Positions 46,551-56,789 are shown, counted from the first letter of the stretch. The stretch: 64,000 bases of DNA from an uncultured Desulfobacteraceae bacterium (GCA_964452575.1 CAYVMN010000001.1:3925-67924), one strand, 5' to 3'. Notes: generated by a model from the letters alone, not told the origin. Numbers and translations are program-made.

Positions 46551-47132
46551 TCAAAACTTCACCTTGGGGGCCTCCTGGCGTTCTTTGGGAACCGAGAAGA
46601 AGGCTGCCTTCTCAAATCCAAACATCCCTGCTATTATATTGGCGGGAAAGGTCCGTATCTTGGTATTGTAGACCCTCACTGCCTCATTAAAACGGCGACG
46701 CTCTACGGCTATGCGGTTTTCAGTCCCGGCCAACTCATCCTGCAAACGGATGAAGTTGGCGTTTGCCTTCAGGTCCGGATATCTCTCCACCACGACCAGG
46801 AGGCGGGCGAGGGCCGAGGACAACTGGTTATTTGCCTCGATCTTTTCCTCTATACCTCTGGCGCCCCCCACCCTGGAACGTGCCTCAGTGACCTTCAGGA
46901 GGACCTCTTTTTCATGCGCCGCATACCCCTTGACCGTCTCCACGTAGTTGGGAATCAGGTCATAACGTCGCTGAAGCTGGTTTTCAACCTGTGCCCATGC
47001 GGCCTTGACGCCCTCATCCATGGTCACAAGGGTGTTATAGGTCCCCCTGAAATAGGAAAAGCCAATGAGAATGACGAGTATAAATATGCCGACAACAATC
47101 AGAAAGCCCTTGACTCCCTTATTCATCTCCAC
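46551..47132 (-). CDS. lemA: LemA family protein
   Basis: 193 aa with an N-terminal TM helix. YNTLVTMDEGVKAAWAQVENQLQRRYDLIPNYVETVKGYAAHE is the canonical LemA core. Confidence 0.9.
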   Translation of the reverse strand: MEMNKGVKGFLIVVGIFILVILIGFSYFRGTYNTLVTMDEGVKAAWAQVENQLQRRYDLIPNYVETVKGYAAHEKEVLLKVTEARSRVGGARGIEEKIEANNQLSSALARLLVVVERYPDLKANANFIRLQDELAGTENRIAVERRRFNEAVRVYNTKIRTFPANIIAGMFGFEKAAFFSVPKERQEAPKVKF

Positions 47133-47859
47133 CCCCTAAGGCATCAACCAGGCCTGAAAGCCTCCTCATTTCCCTCAGATATCCCTTGAAAAATTCCCTC
47201 ATTTCCCTTTCTTCTAACTTGACCTCTTCTGCCTGTATTTCAACCAGACCTTCAAGGACACCCCTCTCAACATCAAAGGCCTCTGCCACAGACCTGATGA
47301 CCTCTCTCCTTTCTGTGGGTATCTCTTTCCCCTTGATGTACAATAAGGCCTCGAAGATGGCGATCAAGGCAGGAATGGAGTTCGCAACCAATTCCTTCAG
47401 TGCCTTCCCCCTCCCCGAGGTCTCAAGGAAGGCCTGTCGGAGCAAGAGCAGCTTCCCCTTTATCTCCCGCTCACATTGTAACCTCACCAATTCCATGTCA
47501 AAGGTCAGGCCCTCCAGGACGTCTTTCCCATAGATCAGGACATGATTCCTCTTAAAGGAAAGGTACTCTACGGGGAAGACGTCAAGAGAGGTCTTGATAT
47601 AACCCTCTGTCAAAAAGAGGGGGATGGCGACATGGCGCTTGCGCCACCTCTTCACCATATCAAAGGCCCGATCAAGCTGCTCGATCCCTTCCCCTGTAAG
47701 CACAATCATGAAATTGATGTCCGACCTGCCGGGCCGGTATTCCTTGCCTGCGGCGCTGCCGTAAAGAATAATGCTTACAAGGTCAGCACCGAAAAGGCCC
47801 TTGTAATCGGAGATGATCTCCGGAAATATCTCCCTTGGATTTCTTGGACCCATAGTCAT
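47119..47859 (-). CDS. nucleotidyltransferase-domain protein (Pol-beta superfamily, KNTase-like two-domain architecture)
   Basis: 246 aa. IILYGSAAGKEYRPGRSDINFMIV is the G-S ... D-x-D NTase motif. The C-terminal half is helical. Overlaps the lemA start by 14 nt. Confidence 0.6.
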   Translation of the reverse strand: MTMGPRNPREIFPEIISDYKGLFGADLVSIILYGSAAGKEYRPGRSDINFMIVLTGEGIEQLDRAFDMVKRWRKRHVAIPLFLTEGYIKTSLDVFPVEYLSFKRNHVLIYGKDVLEGLTFDMELVRLQCEREIKGKLLLLRQAFLETSGRGKALKELVANSIPALIAIFEALLYIKGKEIPTERREVIRSVAEAFDVERGVLEGLVEIQAEEVKLEEREMREFFKGYLREMRRLSGLVDALGGGDE

Positions 47860-47871
47860 GACCGCTCCCTG

Positions 47872-48669
47872 TCAAAAGCCTCCGCCAGCACCTCCGCCGC
47901 CGCTCATGCCTCCGCCAAATCCGCCAAATCCGCCTCCGAATCCACCAAAGCTCCCGCCAAACCCCCTGCTGTTGTATCCCGAACCATGGCCCGATGTGCC
48001 GCCGAGACCAAAGAGGAGGGGCAGGAAAAACAGCCATGATCCGCCACGTCTCCTCGATATCAGCAAGAATACGATAAGGATAAATACGATCGGCAGGAGA
48101 GAGAGACCGGATGATTTCTTTTCCGGTTCCTCGCTCGGCACCTCGCCTTTCAGGCTGACACCTTCACTCTTGGCAATGACCTGAGCCACGGCGAGGGTCC
48201 CCTTGAACAATCCCTCACCAAATCTATTTTCCCTTAGATAGGGAAGCATATATCGATCGCGTATCTCCCCTACAAGACCGTCAGGCAAAATGCCTTCGAC
48301 CCCGTATCCGGTCTCAATCCTCATCTTTCTCTCTTTGATTGTGACAAATATCAGGACTCCTTTATCTTGGCCTTTCTTGCCTATGCCCCAGTTACTGTAA
48401 AGGCGATTTGCATAATCGTTGTACTCCGCCCCCCCGATATCCGGCATGGTAACAACCACAACGGGAACCCCGGTCTTTTTCAGCAACTCACCGGTTAGCG
48501 CGGTAAGCCTTTGCTCATACGGCGCTGGAATCACATTGGCGAAATCATTTACAAGACCCGTAGGTCTAGGAAAAGGCCGTTCCGCATTTGCCAGAGCCCC
48601 CCCCGACCAGAGGAAAAAAAACAGACCCAGGATCTGGGTCATATGTCTGGGGATCAAGGTCCTCCGCAT
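47872..48669 (-). CDS. TPM-domain protein (YgcG-like) with TM helix and Gly-rich tail
   Basis: 265 aa with a signal/TM segment. GLVNDFANVIPAPYEQRLTALTGELLKKTGVPVVVVTMPDIGG is the TPM domain. The C-terminus reads GGSFGGFGGGFGGFGGGMSGGGGAGGGF. Confidence 0.85.
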   Translation of the reverse strand: MRRTLIPRHMTQILGLFFFLWSGGALANAERPFPRPTGLVNDFANVIPAPYEQRLTALTGELLKKTGVPVVVVTMPDIGGAEYNDYANRLYSNWGIGKKGQDKGVLIFVTIKERKMRIETGYGVEGILPDGLVGEIRDRYMLPYLRENRFGEGLFKGTLAVAQVIAKSEGVSLKGEVPSEEPEKKSSGLSLLPIVFILIVFLLISRRRGGSWLFFLPLLFGLGGTSGHGSGYNSRGFGGSFGGFGGGFGGFGGGMSGGGGAGGGF

Positions 48670-48687
48670 AGACTGCCTTATCTCTCT

Positions 48688-49896
48688 CTAATCCTTTTTG
48701 AGGAGGGAAAATAGCCTTACCGGTTCTTCTATCCCCTTCAGCTGGGCCATCCCTTTATCATATATGGGCCAGAGCCCTAGGATCAATTTCTTGGTCTCCC
48801 ACCCTATCAATATGTCGCCTCCTGTTGCATACGAGGCGAGACGTGCGGCAATGTTGGTTACTGGTCCTGTGGCCGTATAGGTCATTCTCGTATCCAATGA
48901 GCCCCGAAAGCGGGTCATACCGACCAGGGCCTTGCCGGAGTTGATCCCCATATTCACGTTGATCGGCTCAATCCGTTCTCTCAGCTCCCTGTTGATATCC
49001 AGGTTTCTCTCGTAGATGTCAAATGCGGCCTTTACAGAGTTAATGGCGTTTGTCTTGGCATCATCATCTTTGAAAAGAATCATCAGCCCATCGCCGGCCG
49101 TCTCATTTATATCCCCCCGGGACCGATGGATGGGGTCAACAAAACTGGAAAACATCTTTTCCACGATCTCGTTGATCTCACTCTCCGGCCGGCTCGCACT
49201 TAGCCTGGTATATCCCTCAAGATCCAGAAAAAGCACGCTCACATCCTTCCTCTCCTTTTCCTGTGTCAGGAGCTCTGGGTTCTTTTCCACTATATTCCGA
49301 ACCGACTGGGGGACAAATCGTGAGAGATGGGCCAGCATCTGGCCTATCTTTATCTTCTCCTGGGTCATTTCCCAGTGCTGCTTGGCATTCAAGAGGATAT
49401 TACTGAGGGTCTCAGAAAAATCCCTTATCATGTAGAAATCCTTTCGCCGAAACCGGGTCCCTGGCCTTGAGACCACGCTGACTACCGCCAGTATCTTATC
49501 ATCCACTAAGATGGGCATAGCGGCCTCTGGACCGATCTGGATCTCTGACCCATCATGCCTCACAACCGGATCGCTCCTGGAGACCACCACCCCCTTTCTC
49601 TCAGTTATCGCCTTCTGAATCGCCGGCCTGCTCCTCTTGCAGGCAAGGCAATTGACTGGCCTGTCATAAAGGGCACACTGGAGAGGCCGGGTATATCTCT
49701 TCGCATCCGGGTCCAGGAGCAGGATACAGGACTCCATGGCCGAGGGGATTGCCATCCTTATCTCCTCCCTCATGGCCTCAAGGATGTCATTTACTTCCAT
49801 GAACCTGGCGATCTTTCTTGCCACCCGCCTCTGGACCTCAAACCTTTCCCTGTGGTACTTTTCCATCTTCGCAGACCAAATATTGTCGGTCCTCAA
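48688..49896 (-). CDS. GAF-domain class III adenylate/guanylate cyclase
   Basis: 402 aa. The N-terminal region is GAF-like. It is followed by VSVLFLDLEGYTRLS ... ETAGDGLMILF ... GINSG ... GPVTNIAARL, the cyclase homology domain. Confidence 0.8.
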   Translation of the reverse strand: MRTDNIWSAKMEKYHRERFEVQRRVARKIARFMEVNDILEAMREEIRMAIPSAMESCILLLDPDAKRYTRPLQCALYDRPVNCLACKRSRPAIQKAITERKGVVVSRSDPVVRHDGSEIQIGPEAAMPILVDDKILAVVSVVSRPGTRFRRKDFYMIRDFSETLSNILLNAKQHWEMTQEKIKIGQMLAHLSRFVPQSVRNIVEKNPELLTQEKERKDVSVLFLDLEGYTRLSASRPESEINEIVEKMFSSFVDPIHRSRGDINETAGDGLMILFKDDDAKTNAINSVKAAFDIYERNLDINRELRERIEPINVNMGINSGKALVGMTRFRGSLDTRMTYTATGPVTNIAARLASYATGGDILIGWETKKLILGLWPIYDKGMAQLKGIEEPVRLFSLLKKD

Positions 49897-49977
49897 TAGT
49901 CAATCTTCAATGCTATGGATACTACCGGACCTCGATTTCAAATGCAACCTCCACGGCCGGCTAGCCGGCGGCGCAAG

Positions 49978-50022
49978 AAAAAAAGGGCCTCCCCACCTAA
50001 CCTTAGATTTGCGGGGAGGCCC
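49978..50022 (-). terminator. rho-independent terminator downstream of acsE
   Basis: On the minus strand, GGGCCTCCCC (complement of 50013-50022), an 18-nt loop and GGGGAGGCCC (complement of 49985-49994) are followed by TTTTTTT (49978-49984). The structure lies 34 nt after the acsE stop. Confidence 0.7.
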
Positions 50023-50055
50023 GCGAATAATAAATCAGGGCAACGCTAGGCCATA

Positions 50056-50940
50056 CTATAGCTCAAGCCAGGAATCTGAATAGAGAGAATGGCCCAGTAT
50101 GACCCTGGCCGTCTTCACATAGTCTTGCATCTCCTTTGACAAGGAGCCCATATCAATGGCCTCACCATCCATTACCTTGTGGATCATCTCCACAATATCA
50201 GGCCTCTCTCCCCTGGCAATTGCAATCAGGGTGTCATCGTAGGCATCGGCAATACAGGAATACATCCCCTTCCTTTCCAACATTACCATGTAGGTCTGAT
50301 TCAGTATGGGTCTCAGGTGATCCGGTGGACCATTTGAGATATTTGATAGACCGCATGTGGATCTGACACCGGGAAACATATCCTGGAGCATCTCCTGAAA
50401 GGCCAGGAAGCTCATTAGCTGGGGCTGCTGGATATTGACCGGGGTCACAATCCCGTCCACAAATATATCTTCATTGGGGATCCCTGCCTCATTGGCCGCA
50501 TATATGAGTTCAGCGGCCAGTGCCCCCCTCTCGTTCTCATCCCTTGGCAGTCCTTCAGGACCCCACATGAGGGCAATCATGTTGGCATTGTATTTGACCG
50601 CCAGCGGTATCATCTTCTCATAGCGTTCCGGCCTGCACATGATCGAATTGATGATGGCCTTCCCCTTGTGGGCGGCAAGGCCTGCCTCCATGGCCTCGAT
50701 GTTAGAGGTATCCAGGCAGAGGGGCGGGGTATCACCGATGGCCTCCTGGACCGTCTTTACAACAAATTCCATCAATTCAGGTCCCCCCTTTCTGGCCGGG
50801 CCCAAGTTGATATCGATCCAGTCCATCCCTTTTTCCTTCTGGTGTTTGGCCTCCTCGGCAATTGGACTCGGGTCCTTCTCCTTGAAGGCCTTTCCTATAG
50901 CCCTGTTGATCACATTCAAATTCTCACCGATCAATAACAT
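50056..50940 (-). CDS. acsE: methyltetrahydrofolate:corrinoid/iron-sulfur protein methyltransferase
   Basis: 294 aa. MLLIGENLN..., CLDTSNIEAMEAGL, INSI and GLSNISNG are collinear with Moorella AcsE as I recall it (MLIIGERIN..., CLDSTNIKAIEAGL, GLSNVSQN). Confidence 0.85.
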   Translation of the reverse strand: MLLIGENLNVINRAIGKAFKEKDPSPIAEEAKHQKEKGMDWIDINLGPARKGGPELMEFVVKTVQEAIGDTPPLCLDTSNIEAMEAGLAAHKGKAIINSIMCRPERYEKMIPLAVKYNANMIALMWGPEGLPRDENERGALAAELIYAANEAGIPNEDIFVDGIVTPVNIQQPQLMSFLAFQEMLQDMFPGVRSTCGLSNISNGPPDHLRPILNQTYMVMLERKGMYSCIADAYDDTLIAIARGERPDIVEMIHKVMDGEAIDMGSLSKEMQDYVKTARVILGHSLYSDSWLEL

Positions 50941-51037
50941 GGATAGACCCCCTTATCTTTATGTTTATCGTTTACACCAAGTTCACCGGCAATATGGGGT
51001 TTGCCGCATTGAACTATTATAGCCAGGGATAACCGCG

Positions 51038-52384
51038 CTATTTGACTAGCTCCTTCAGGAACTTGGGTATCAAGGAGGCATCCCTGGGGCCGATTATAAC
51101 CTCCCAGCCCGGCAGATCCTCCTCCATTTCCCCGCTTATGGAGGCTGCATAACCCGGAATTATGATTCTCTTGTGGGCAACCTTTTCGGAGATGCCGCAC
51201 TTCTTTACAAAGGCAGCCACCGCATCCCCTGCGAACTTGCCAGCAGCCCATGCGGTCATGACCGAGAGGCCTTCTGTATCCATAATCAGGAGCCAACTGG
51301 GCACCCTGCTTCCCTCGATTTCTCCACTCACAATGAAGTAGGTCAAAGAAAAATTCGTTGTAATAAGTATCGGCGAATTCTCATCCGGCCCGCCGAACTC
51401 GTATATGCCCTGCGTTACTGTCATGGGTCGCTGTGGATCGGTGAATATGTTAAGCCTCTCAAGCAGCAAAGGGAAAAGGCTCTCCCCTTTGAACTCTGAG
51501 AGGACCACAATCCCTGCATATTTGGCGATCAGCATCGCGGCGATAACTGTCTCCATATCCAGGTTGGCCGCCATCTCACAGGGAAAGGCAATGGTCGGAA
51601 AACCCAGGGAGCGATTACCCGCCTTTAGGGGCGCCCGCCGGATAACCACCTGGTCTTCAAAGACCTTTTTCATTTCCCGTGAGCCCGGGTCCAGCACCAG
51701 ATCCTTGAGCCCCATTCCTGTTAATTTATCAGTCAGGGGGATCAGATCCCCCACACTTTGCGCCTTTACTGTCAAGGGCAGGCCCTTGTCTTTGGCGATC
51801 TGTCCCATCTCCTCGAGGTTGTCGGCGGTGGCTGCATAGAGAAGGGGCCTTTTGAAGGCAGTTGCATCCGCGGCCTCCCTTATCGCCTCAACCTTCTCGC
51901 TCATAAGAATCAGGCCAAATTCGCCCTCCCTGGCAATTTTTTTTGCTACGGCGGCGAATGTGGATGGATTCCCATTTGCATCTTTGAGGGCAATTAGCTC
52001 AGGCCTTAGGTTCAGGCCCACCCTTTCGTACTGGAAGGCGTTCCACTCCCTCAGTTTCCTGTCTAACGCCTCGCTATCCATATCCGAGGCGATCATGGCG
52101 GCGAGCCCCGTGGGGTTATAAAAGGTCTTCTCATGCCTGAACATAACCGTTTCTCCCCCCGTCTTGAAGGCCCTGACCCCGGCCCCGATTGCGACCGGCC
52201 GAATCGGTGGGGCAGAGGCCTCTGCCAGTTGTTCCCTCGCCTCATCAGAGACATAGGGACACGAATCCAATTCCGCCTTTCCAGCGGCAAGGTTCATGGC
52301 AAAGGCCAGGCAGGTAGGGACACCGCACTCCCCGCAGTTTGTCTTAGGCAATAACTTAAAAATCTGAATTCCAGTTAGTCCCAT
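51038..52384 (-). CDS. acsC: corrinoid iron-sulfur protein large subunit
   Basis: 448 aa. The N-terminus LPKTNCGECGVPTCLAFAMNLAAGKAELDSCPY is the 4Fe-4S motif of AcsC/CdhE. The size matches (~446 aa). Confidence 0.9.
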   Translation of the reverse strand: MGLTGIQIFKLLPKTNCGECGVPTCLAFAMNLAAGKAELDSCPYVSDEAREQLAEASAPPIRPVAIGAGVRAFKTGGETVMFRHEKTFYNPTGLAAMIASDMDSEALDRKLREWNAFQYERVGLNLRPELIALKDANGNPSTFAAVAKKIAREGEFGLILMSEKVEAIREAADATAFKRPLLYAATADNLEEMGQIAKDKGLPLTVKAQSVGDLIPLTDKLTGMGLKDLVLDPGSREMKKVFEDQVVIRRAPLKAGNRSLGFPTIAFPCEMAANLDMETVIAAMLIAKYAGIVVLSEFKGESLFPLLLERLNIFTDPQRPMTVTQGIYEFGGPDENSPILITTNFSLTYFIVSGEIEGSRVPSWLLIMDTEGLSVMTAWAAGKFAGDAVAAFVKKCGISEKVAHKRIIIPGYAASISGEMEEDLPGWEVIIGPRDASLIPKFLKELVK

Positions 52385-52446
52385 GATATACTCCTGATTT
52401 GAGATTTTGTAATTTTATCACTAATTGAACTACACGCCCTTGAACC

Positions 52447-54663
52447 CTACCCCACGATAGGATCCATCTTCAGGGCAGGATGATCCTTTTCCTGAAGGAA
52501 CGGAAGGATCTCTTCTTCGGTTGTCCCGACGGTCTCATCGGCAATCCGGTCGATCAAATCCGGTACACCCAGTTCTTTTCCCCGTCTGATGAGGCGCTCC
52601 CTTATTTCTTCCTTTAAGGACTTTGGCATCCACACCATCCGAAGAAGGCCGCCATCACCGACAAGGAACTTGCGCTGAGTGATGTTGTACTTGGAGTGGC
52701 CCACAAAACCGGGGGAAGATTGCCCTCCTCCCATCACGCCAGCTAGTGTGGTGAACTTCATACCTGAGGGAGTTTCTCCGGTATAGTCGCGGTGGACTGT
52801 CATAATCCCGTTACAGGACGGCAGCACCGCCGCAATACACTCGCAGCAACCGCAGGTGGTCATGGGATCTGTTACCAGGCTGTAGAAGTTGTAGTGGTCT
52901 ATTGTCTGACGGGAGGCCTTATAGACAAAGTCATTGACCCCCTTCCACTGCCCCAGCTTGGGATCCAGGCACTCGCCTTTTTCGACAGGTTGGTTGGGGC
53001 CGGTGGGGTTAATTTCGAAAGAGGCCTTGCAGTCCATCCAGTTGTAGGCCCCGCAAAGCCCTGTCCTTTCAGGGCTGACCATGCATACGTGACTCGGGGC
53101 AAAGGACTGGCACAGGGTGCAGGAATAATATGTCTCAACGCTCTCATCGGTCATCTTTTCCACGCGGTCATCCCTGGCGTTGTATTCGCCCTTGGCCCTT
53201 TTTGTCAGCTCGTCCACATCCTCCTTCTTCGTATAAAGGGTGACCTCCACCTTATCCAGAATGGAAGCAAAATCCTGATGAAACTTGGCATGTAGAATCA
53301 CGCCGATATCCTTCAGGGAAAAGCCTTTCTGAACGGCAGGCTCGCCCAGCCTGATCCAGGCAATGTCCCTCTGTCCGATGTGCATGACACCCTGGGCATA
53401 GTTTATGAGGTGATGGATCTGCCTCTCAAGGATCGGTTCAAAGTCGGGCTGCATCTGCCTGCCGGCCACCTGTACGTAAATACCCAAGGGTGTACGATCC
53501 CCCTTTTTGAGATCCTTTACGTCAGGACCGACCAACACCACCTTGCCGTCCTCAATCTCGTTCATCTCTGCCATCTTGCAGAGCTCTGTGCACTGCGTCT
53601 TACCGCCACCCATCTCAAGGTAGAGATCATCCTTGCGAATGCGCTCACCCTCAAAGGCAGGACCATATGCCAAGGGGATGTCGATCTCGGTGATCGTCAC
53701 CTTCAGACCCCTAATCTCGATAGATTTGGAGGGCATTTCATCGTGGGAAACATTGGCCACCACATGTTCGTAGGTGCAGACCCCGGTGGGCAGAATCTCC
53801 GGGATATCCGTATCGGCAATGGTAGGAAATCCCCAGTTAACGCACCCGGCGGCGTTGGCCGCCCACTCGGCGTTTACATCGCCCAAGGCGTTTACAAAGG
53901 CGAAGATCCTGTCTTTTTGGTACTTGAGCATTCTTTTATAATCGCCGGGCTCAATCCCACCAAAGGCCATACCTGCCCGATTTGCAAAACCCAAGGCAAA
54001 GACGGCAGCCGAGATATCCGGGCCAAAAGGGACAAGACGTGTGTTCCACCCGATTTGGACATCTTCCTCGATGAGCTGCTCTGCAAATGTCGTCCCGTTC
54101 TGATTGGCTGCCATGAAGACGTAGATGGTCTTCAGCTGATATTCTTCGGCTATCTTCTTGGCTGTGGCCGAATCCGGCGCAGAGCCCACAATCGCAGCGA
54201 AGCCAGGGGCGGTTCCATCCACAAACTCGACCCCTCGCTTTCTCATGATGGCATCATCTGCGGCCCCGAGCCAGATCTTTCCATTTTCAATGTCAGGATC
54301 TTCTACCTCGGGCTGGTAAAAATCGGGGTCTTCCACATAACGAATTGCCTCCACAATCTCTTCAGCGAAAAGGCTGGCCATACCTGCGTCCAAAAGCGGC
54401 CCGAGATAGGGTAGATAGCAATCATTTTTTACGTGCGGGGGCAAGAGCTTTCGTGCAAATTCAAGGGGTTTTTTAGCAGAATCCAGATCCGTTACTCTTA
54501 TCCCTGTCAGTGAGTATATGATTGGCAGATAGTAGGCGGTATTGGGGAACTCCAGCTTCTGACTACCGCCATAAGTCTCCAAGGCCTTCTTATACTTCCC
54601 CTCCGCCTTGGAGACGATGTTATATCCACCTTGAATGGCTGCAAACGCGACTAACTTCGACAT
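52447..54663 (-). CDS. acsB: acetyl-CoA synthase (A-cluster subunit)
   Basis: 738 aa. CTLCQSFAPSHVCMVSPERTGLCGAYNWMDCKA and TTCGCCECI are the A-cluster ligand motifs. The N-terminus is typical of bacterial AcsB. Confidence 0.95.
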   Translation of the reverse strand: MSKLVAFAAIQGGYNIVSKAEGKYKKALETYGGSQKLEFPNTAYYLPIIYSLTGIRVTDLDSAKKPLEFARKLLPPHVKNDCYLPYLGPLLDAGMASLFAEEIVEAIRYVEDPDFYQPEVEDPDIENGKIWLGAADDAIMRKRGVEFVDGTAPGFAAIVGSAPDSATAKKIAEEYQLKTIYVFMAANQNGTTFAEQLIEEDVQIGWNTRLVPFGPDISAAVFALGFANRAGMAFGGIEPGDYKRMLKYQKDRIFAFVNALGDVNAEWAANAAGCVNWGFPTIADTDIPEILPTGVCTYEHVVANVSHDEMPSKSIEIRGLKVTITEIDIPLAYGPAFEGERIRKDDLYLEMGGGKTQCTELCKMAEMNEIEDGKVVLVGPDVKDLKKGDRTPLGIYVQVAGRQMQPDFEPILERQIHHLINYAQGVMHIGQRDIAWIRLGEPAVQKGFSLKDIGVILHAKFHQDFASILDKVEVTLYTKKEDVDELTKRAKGEYNARDDRVEKMTDESVETYYSCTLCQSFAPSHVCMVSPERTGLCGAYNWMDCKASFEINPTGPNQPVEKGECLDPKLGQWKGVNDFVYKASRQTIDHYNFYSLVTDPMTTCGCCECIAAVLPSCNGIMTVHRDYTGETPSGMKFTTLAGVMGGGQSSPGFVGHSKYNITQRKFLVGDGGLLRMVWMPKSLKEEIRERLIRRGKELGVPDLIDRIADETVGTTEEEILPFLQEKDHPALKMDPIVG

Positions 54664-54715
54664 ATCCTATTTTCCTCCCTTCCTAAGAGGTATGTTCTGA
54701 AAACCTGAGGGCTAT

Positions 54716-56764
54716 CTAGGCCGCTTCCAGCTTCTGCCTGTCGGCCATATCCATTAGTACCCTCTCACGGGCCTTATCAATGCCGAGGGCCTTCCGCCTC
54801 TTATCTATATGCGCGATCATCTTATGGGCATGTTTGATGGGATCTGCCTCCATATCCCACATGCCGCCGTATATGCCCTCCAGTTTCTTATATAAATAAT
54901 CTTCAAAAACCGGTGCACCGCTGACCGGCAGGGTTACACCAAAGACCGTATACACGCCTGAGGCAACAAAGTAGTGGCCGATACTGATGGCCTTCTCGCT
55001 CATCCACTCGGGCGCAGAACCGGCTGCCGGGAGCTCACTGATGTCATTTCCCAGTCCGCCAGCCTTTACCACCTCTGTGGCTGCCATCAGGATCCGGCTG
55101 TTGTCAACACAGGAACCCATGTGGAGCACCGGTGGGATGCCCACGGCCTCGCAGACCTCTGCCAGGCCAGGACCGCAATACACCTTGGCCGACTCTGGCG
55201 TGAGAAGACCTGCTTTGGCGCATGTAATGGCGTTACACCCCGTGGTCAGTACAATGACGTCATGTTTGAGCAGTTCCTTGACAATTGTAAGATGGGCCTC
55301 ATCATGAACCGTACGGGCGTTGTTACACCCTACCACACCGGCAACGCCCCTGATACGGCCGTTGATGATGTTGTCGTTCAGCGGGACATAAGAACCCCTG
55401 AAGGTCCCCCCCAGATGATAATTAATGGCCTCATAGCTAAAGCCAGCTATAAGACTTGAGGCGTTGTCTGGAATCACTACCTCCTTCTCTCTGTTTGGGA
55501 AGTTTTCAATTGCTATCCTTACGATCTTCTTGGCGTCTTCAAAGGCAGTATGTTCGTCAAACTCGATGTGGGTTGTCTTACCGGACGCGATCTTTGCCCG
55601 TGGGTTTGTTGTTATGATCTTAGTGTGAAAACACTGGGCCACATTGGCAACATTCTCCATAATGCACTGCACATCCACCACCATGGCATCCACGGCCCCC
55701 GTCACGATCGCCAACTCCTGCTGGAGAAAGTTCCCGGCCAGAGGCACACCGTGACGCATTAGTATCTCATTGGCCGTACAGCAAATGCCTCCCAGCTGGA
55801 TCCCCTTGGCCCCTTTTTCTTTGGCATACGCGATCATCTCCGGAAGCTCCGAGGCCTGAACGATCATCTCACTCAAAAGGGGCTCATGGCCATGAATGAT
55901 GATGTTCACGTGATCTTTCTTGAGGACGCCCAGGTTCGCCGAACTCCTCAAGGGGTAAGGACAACCGAAGAGCACATCCTGTAGATCTGTCGCTATCATG
56001 GAACCGCCCCACCCATCGCCCAGGGCCGCCCGTGTGCATTGCTCTACCAGGTTCTCATAATCCTGATCCACACCCATATGAGTCCTGTGCATGATTTCAA
56101 CTATTTCCCTGTCTATACCTCGAGGGATAACACCGAGCTTTTTCCAAAGCTCATAACGGGGGGCGGGGGCCCGCTTCACGGTGCAAATCTCTCCGGTCTG
56201 TTGACCCCATTGGGACAGGGCCTTTTCCCCTGCCTCGACGGCGATCTCATCCATATCCCGATCAAGGATCTCCCCGTTCTCCCCCTCCACAGTGATGTCA
56301 ACGCCGTAGTCGGGGGCAATCTCAAGCAGCTTTTTGGTATCTTTGATCTTGTAATCATTCGTCTCCTTCCTGGCTGCCGCTAAGAATGTCTCTGCAACCC
56401 CTCTCCCGTGATCGGAGTGCGCAGCGGCACCGGCCGCCACCATCCTGGCAAAATTTCGCGATGCAATGGTGTCAGGAGTTGCTCCGCAAAGCCCCTTTCT
56501 CGCGTCCTTTCCCTCGATTCCAGACTTGGGTAATGGGAGTCTGCAGGGCCCCTGTGCACAATTCTTACAACAGGTCCCCTGAATCCCGATGTTACATGGC
56601 TTCATGGTCTGGGCCCGGTCGAAGATGGTCTCGACCTCTAACTCCCTGGACCTCTTGAGCATTTTCACGGTTGCTGGATCAATACTCAGATCCTCCAGCT
56701 TGGGCGTTGTCTTTGCCTTTGCCTTGGTCTCAGCGACCTTAACGTTGGCTTCTTCTGATGCCAT
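54716..56764 (-). CDS. acsA: anaerobic carbon monoxide dehydrogenase catalytic subunit
   Basis: The ORF track starts at 56815. ATG 56764 (MASEEANV...) follows GAAGGAGGAACTTCAG. CNIGIQGTCCKNCAQGPCRL are the B/D-cluster Cys motifs and CGATPD is also present. Typical CooS/AcsA. Confidence 0.95.
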   Translation of the reverse strand: MASEEANVKVAETKAKAKTTPKLEDLSIDPATVKMLKRSRELEVETIFDRAQTMKPCNIGIQGTCCKNCAQGPCRLPLPKSGIEGKDARKGLCGATPDTIASRNFARMVAAGAAAHSDHGRGVAETFLAAARKETNDYKIKDTKKLLEIAPDYGVDITVEGENGEILDRDMDEIAVEAGEKALSQWGQQTGEICTVKRAPAPRYELWKKLGVIPRGIDREIVEIMHRTHMGVDQDYENLVEQCTRAALGDGWGGSMIATDLQDVLFGCPYPLRSSANLGVLKKDHVNIIIHGHEPLLSEMIVQASELPEMIAYAKEKGAKGIQLGGICCTANEILMRHGVPLAGNFLQQELAIVTGAVDAMVVDVQCIMENVANVAQCFHTKIITTNPRAKIASGKTTHIEFDEHTAFEDAKKIVRIAIENFPNREKEVVIPDNASSLIAGFSYEAINYHLGGTFRGSYVPLNDNIINGRIRGVAGVVGCNNARTVHDEAHLTIVKELLKHDVIVLTTGCNAITCAKAGLLTPESAKVYCGPGLAEVCEAVGIPPVLHMGSCVDNSRILMAATEVVKAGGLGNDISELPAAGSAPEWMSEKAISIGHYFVASGVYTVFGVTLPVSGAPVFEDYLYKKLEGIYGGMWDMEADPIKHAHKMIAHIDKRRKALGIDKARERVLMDMADRQKLEAA

Positions 56765-56789
56765 CTGAAGTTCCTCCTTCTCTTTAACT

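Noticed and set aside
46128-47189. 353-aa plus-strand ORF, the longest unexplained ORF in this part of the window
   Set aside because: It lies antisense to three minus-strand genes with clear family signatures (Smr, a hypothetical ORF, LemA). Its translation is Pro/Gly/His/Leu-rich with no motif. It is a typical shadow ORF of a GC-biased coding region.
53380-54414. 344-aa plus-strand ORF
   Set aside because: Entirely antisense to acsB, whose identity is unambiguous from the A-cluster motifs. No recognisable domain.
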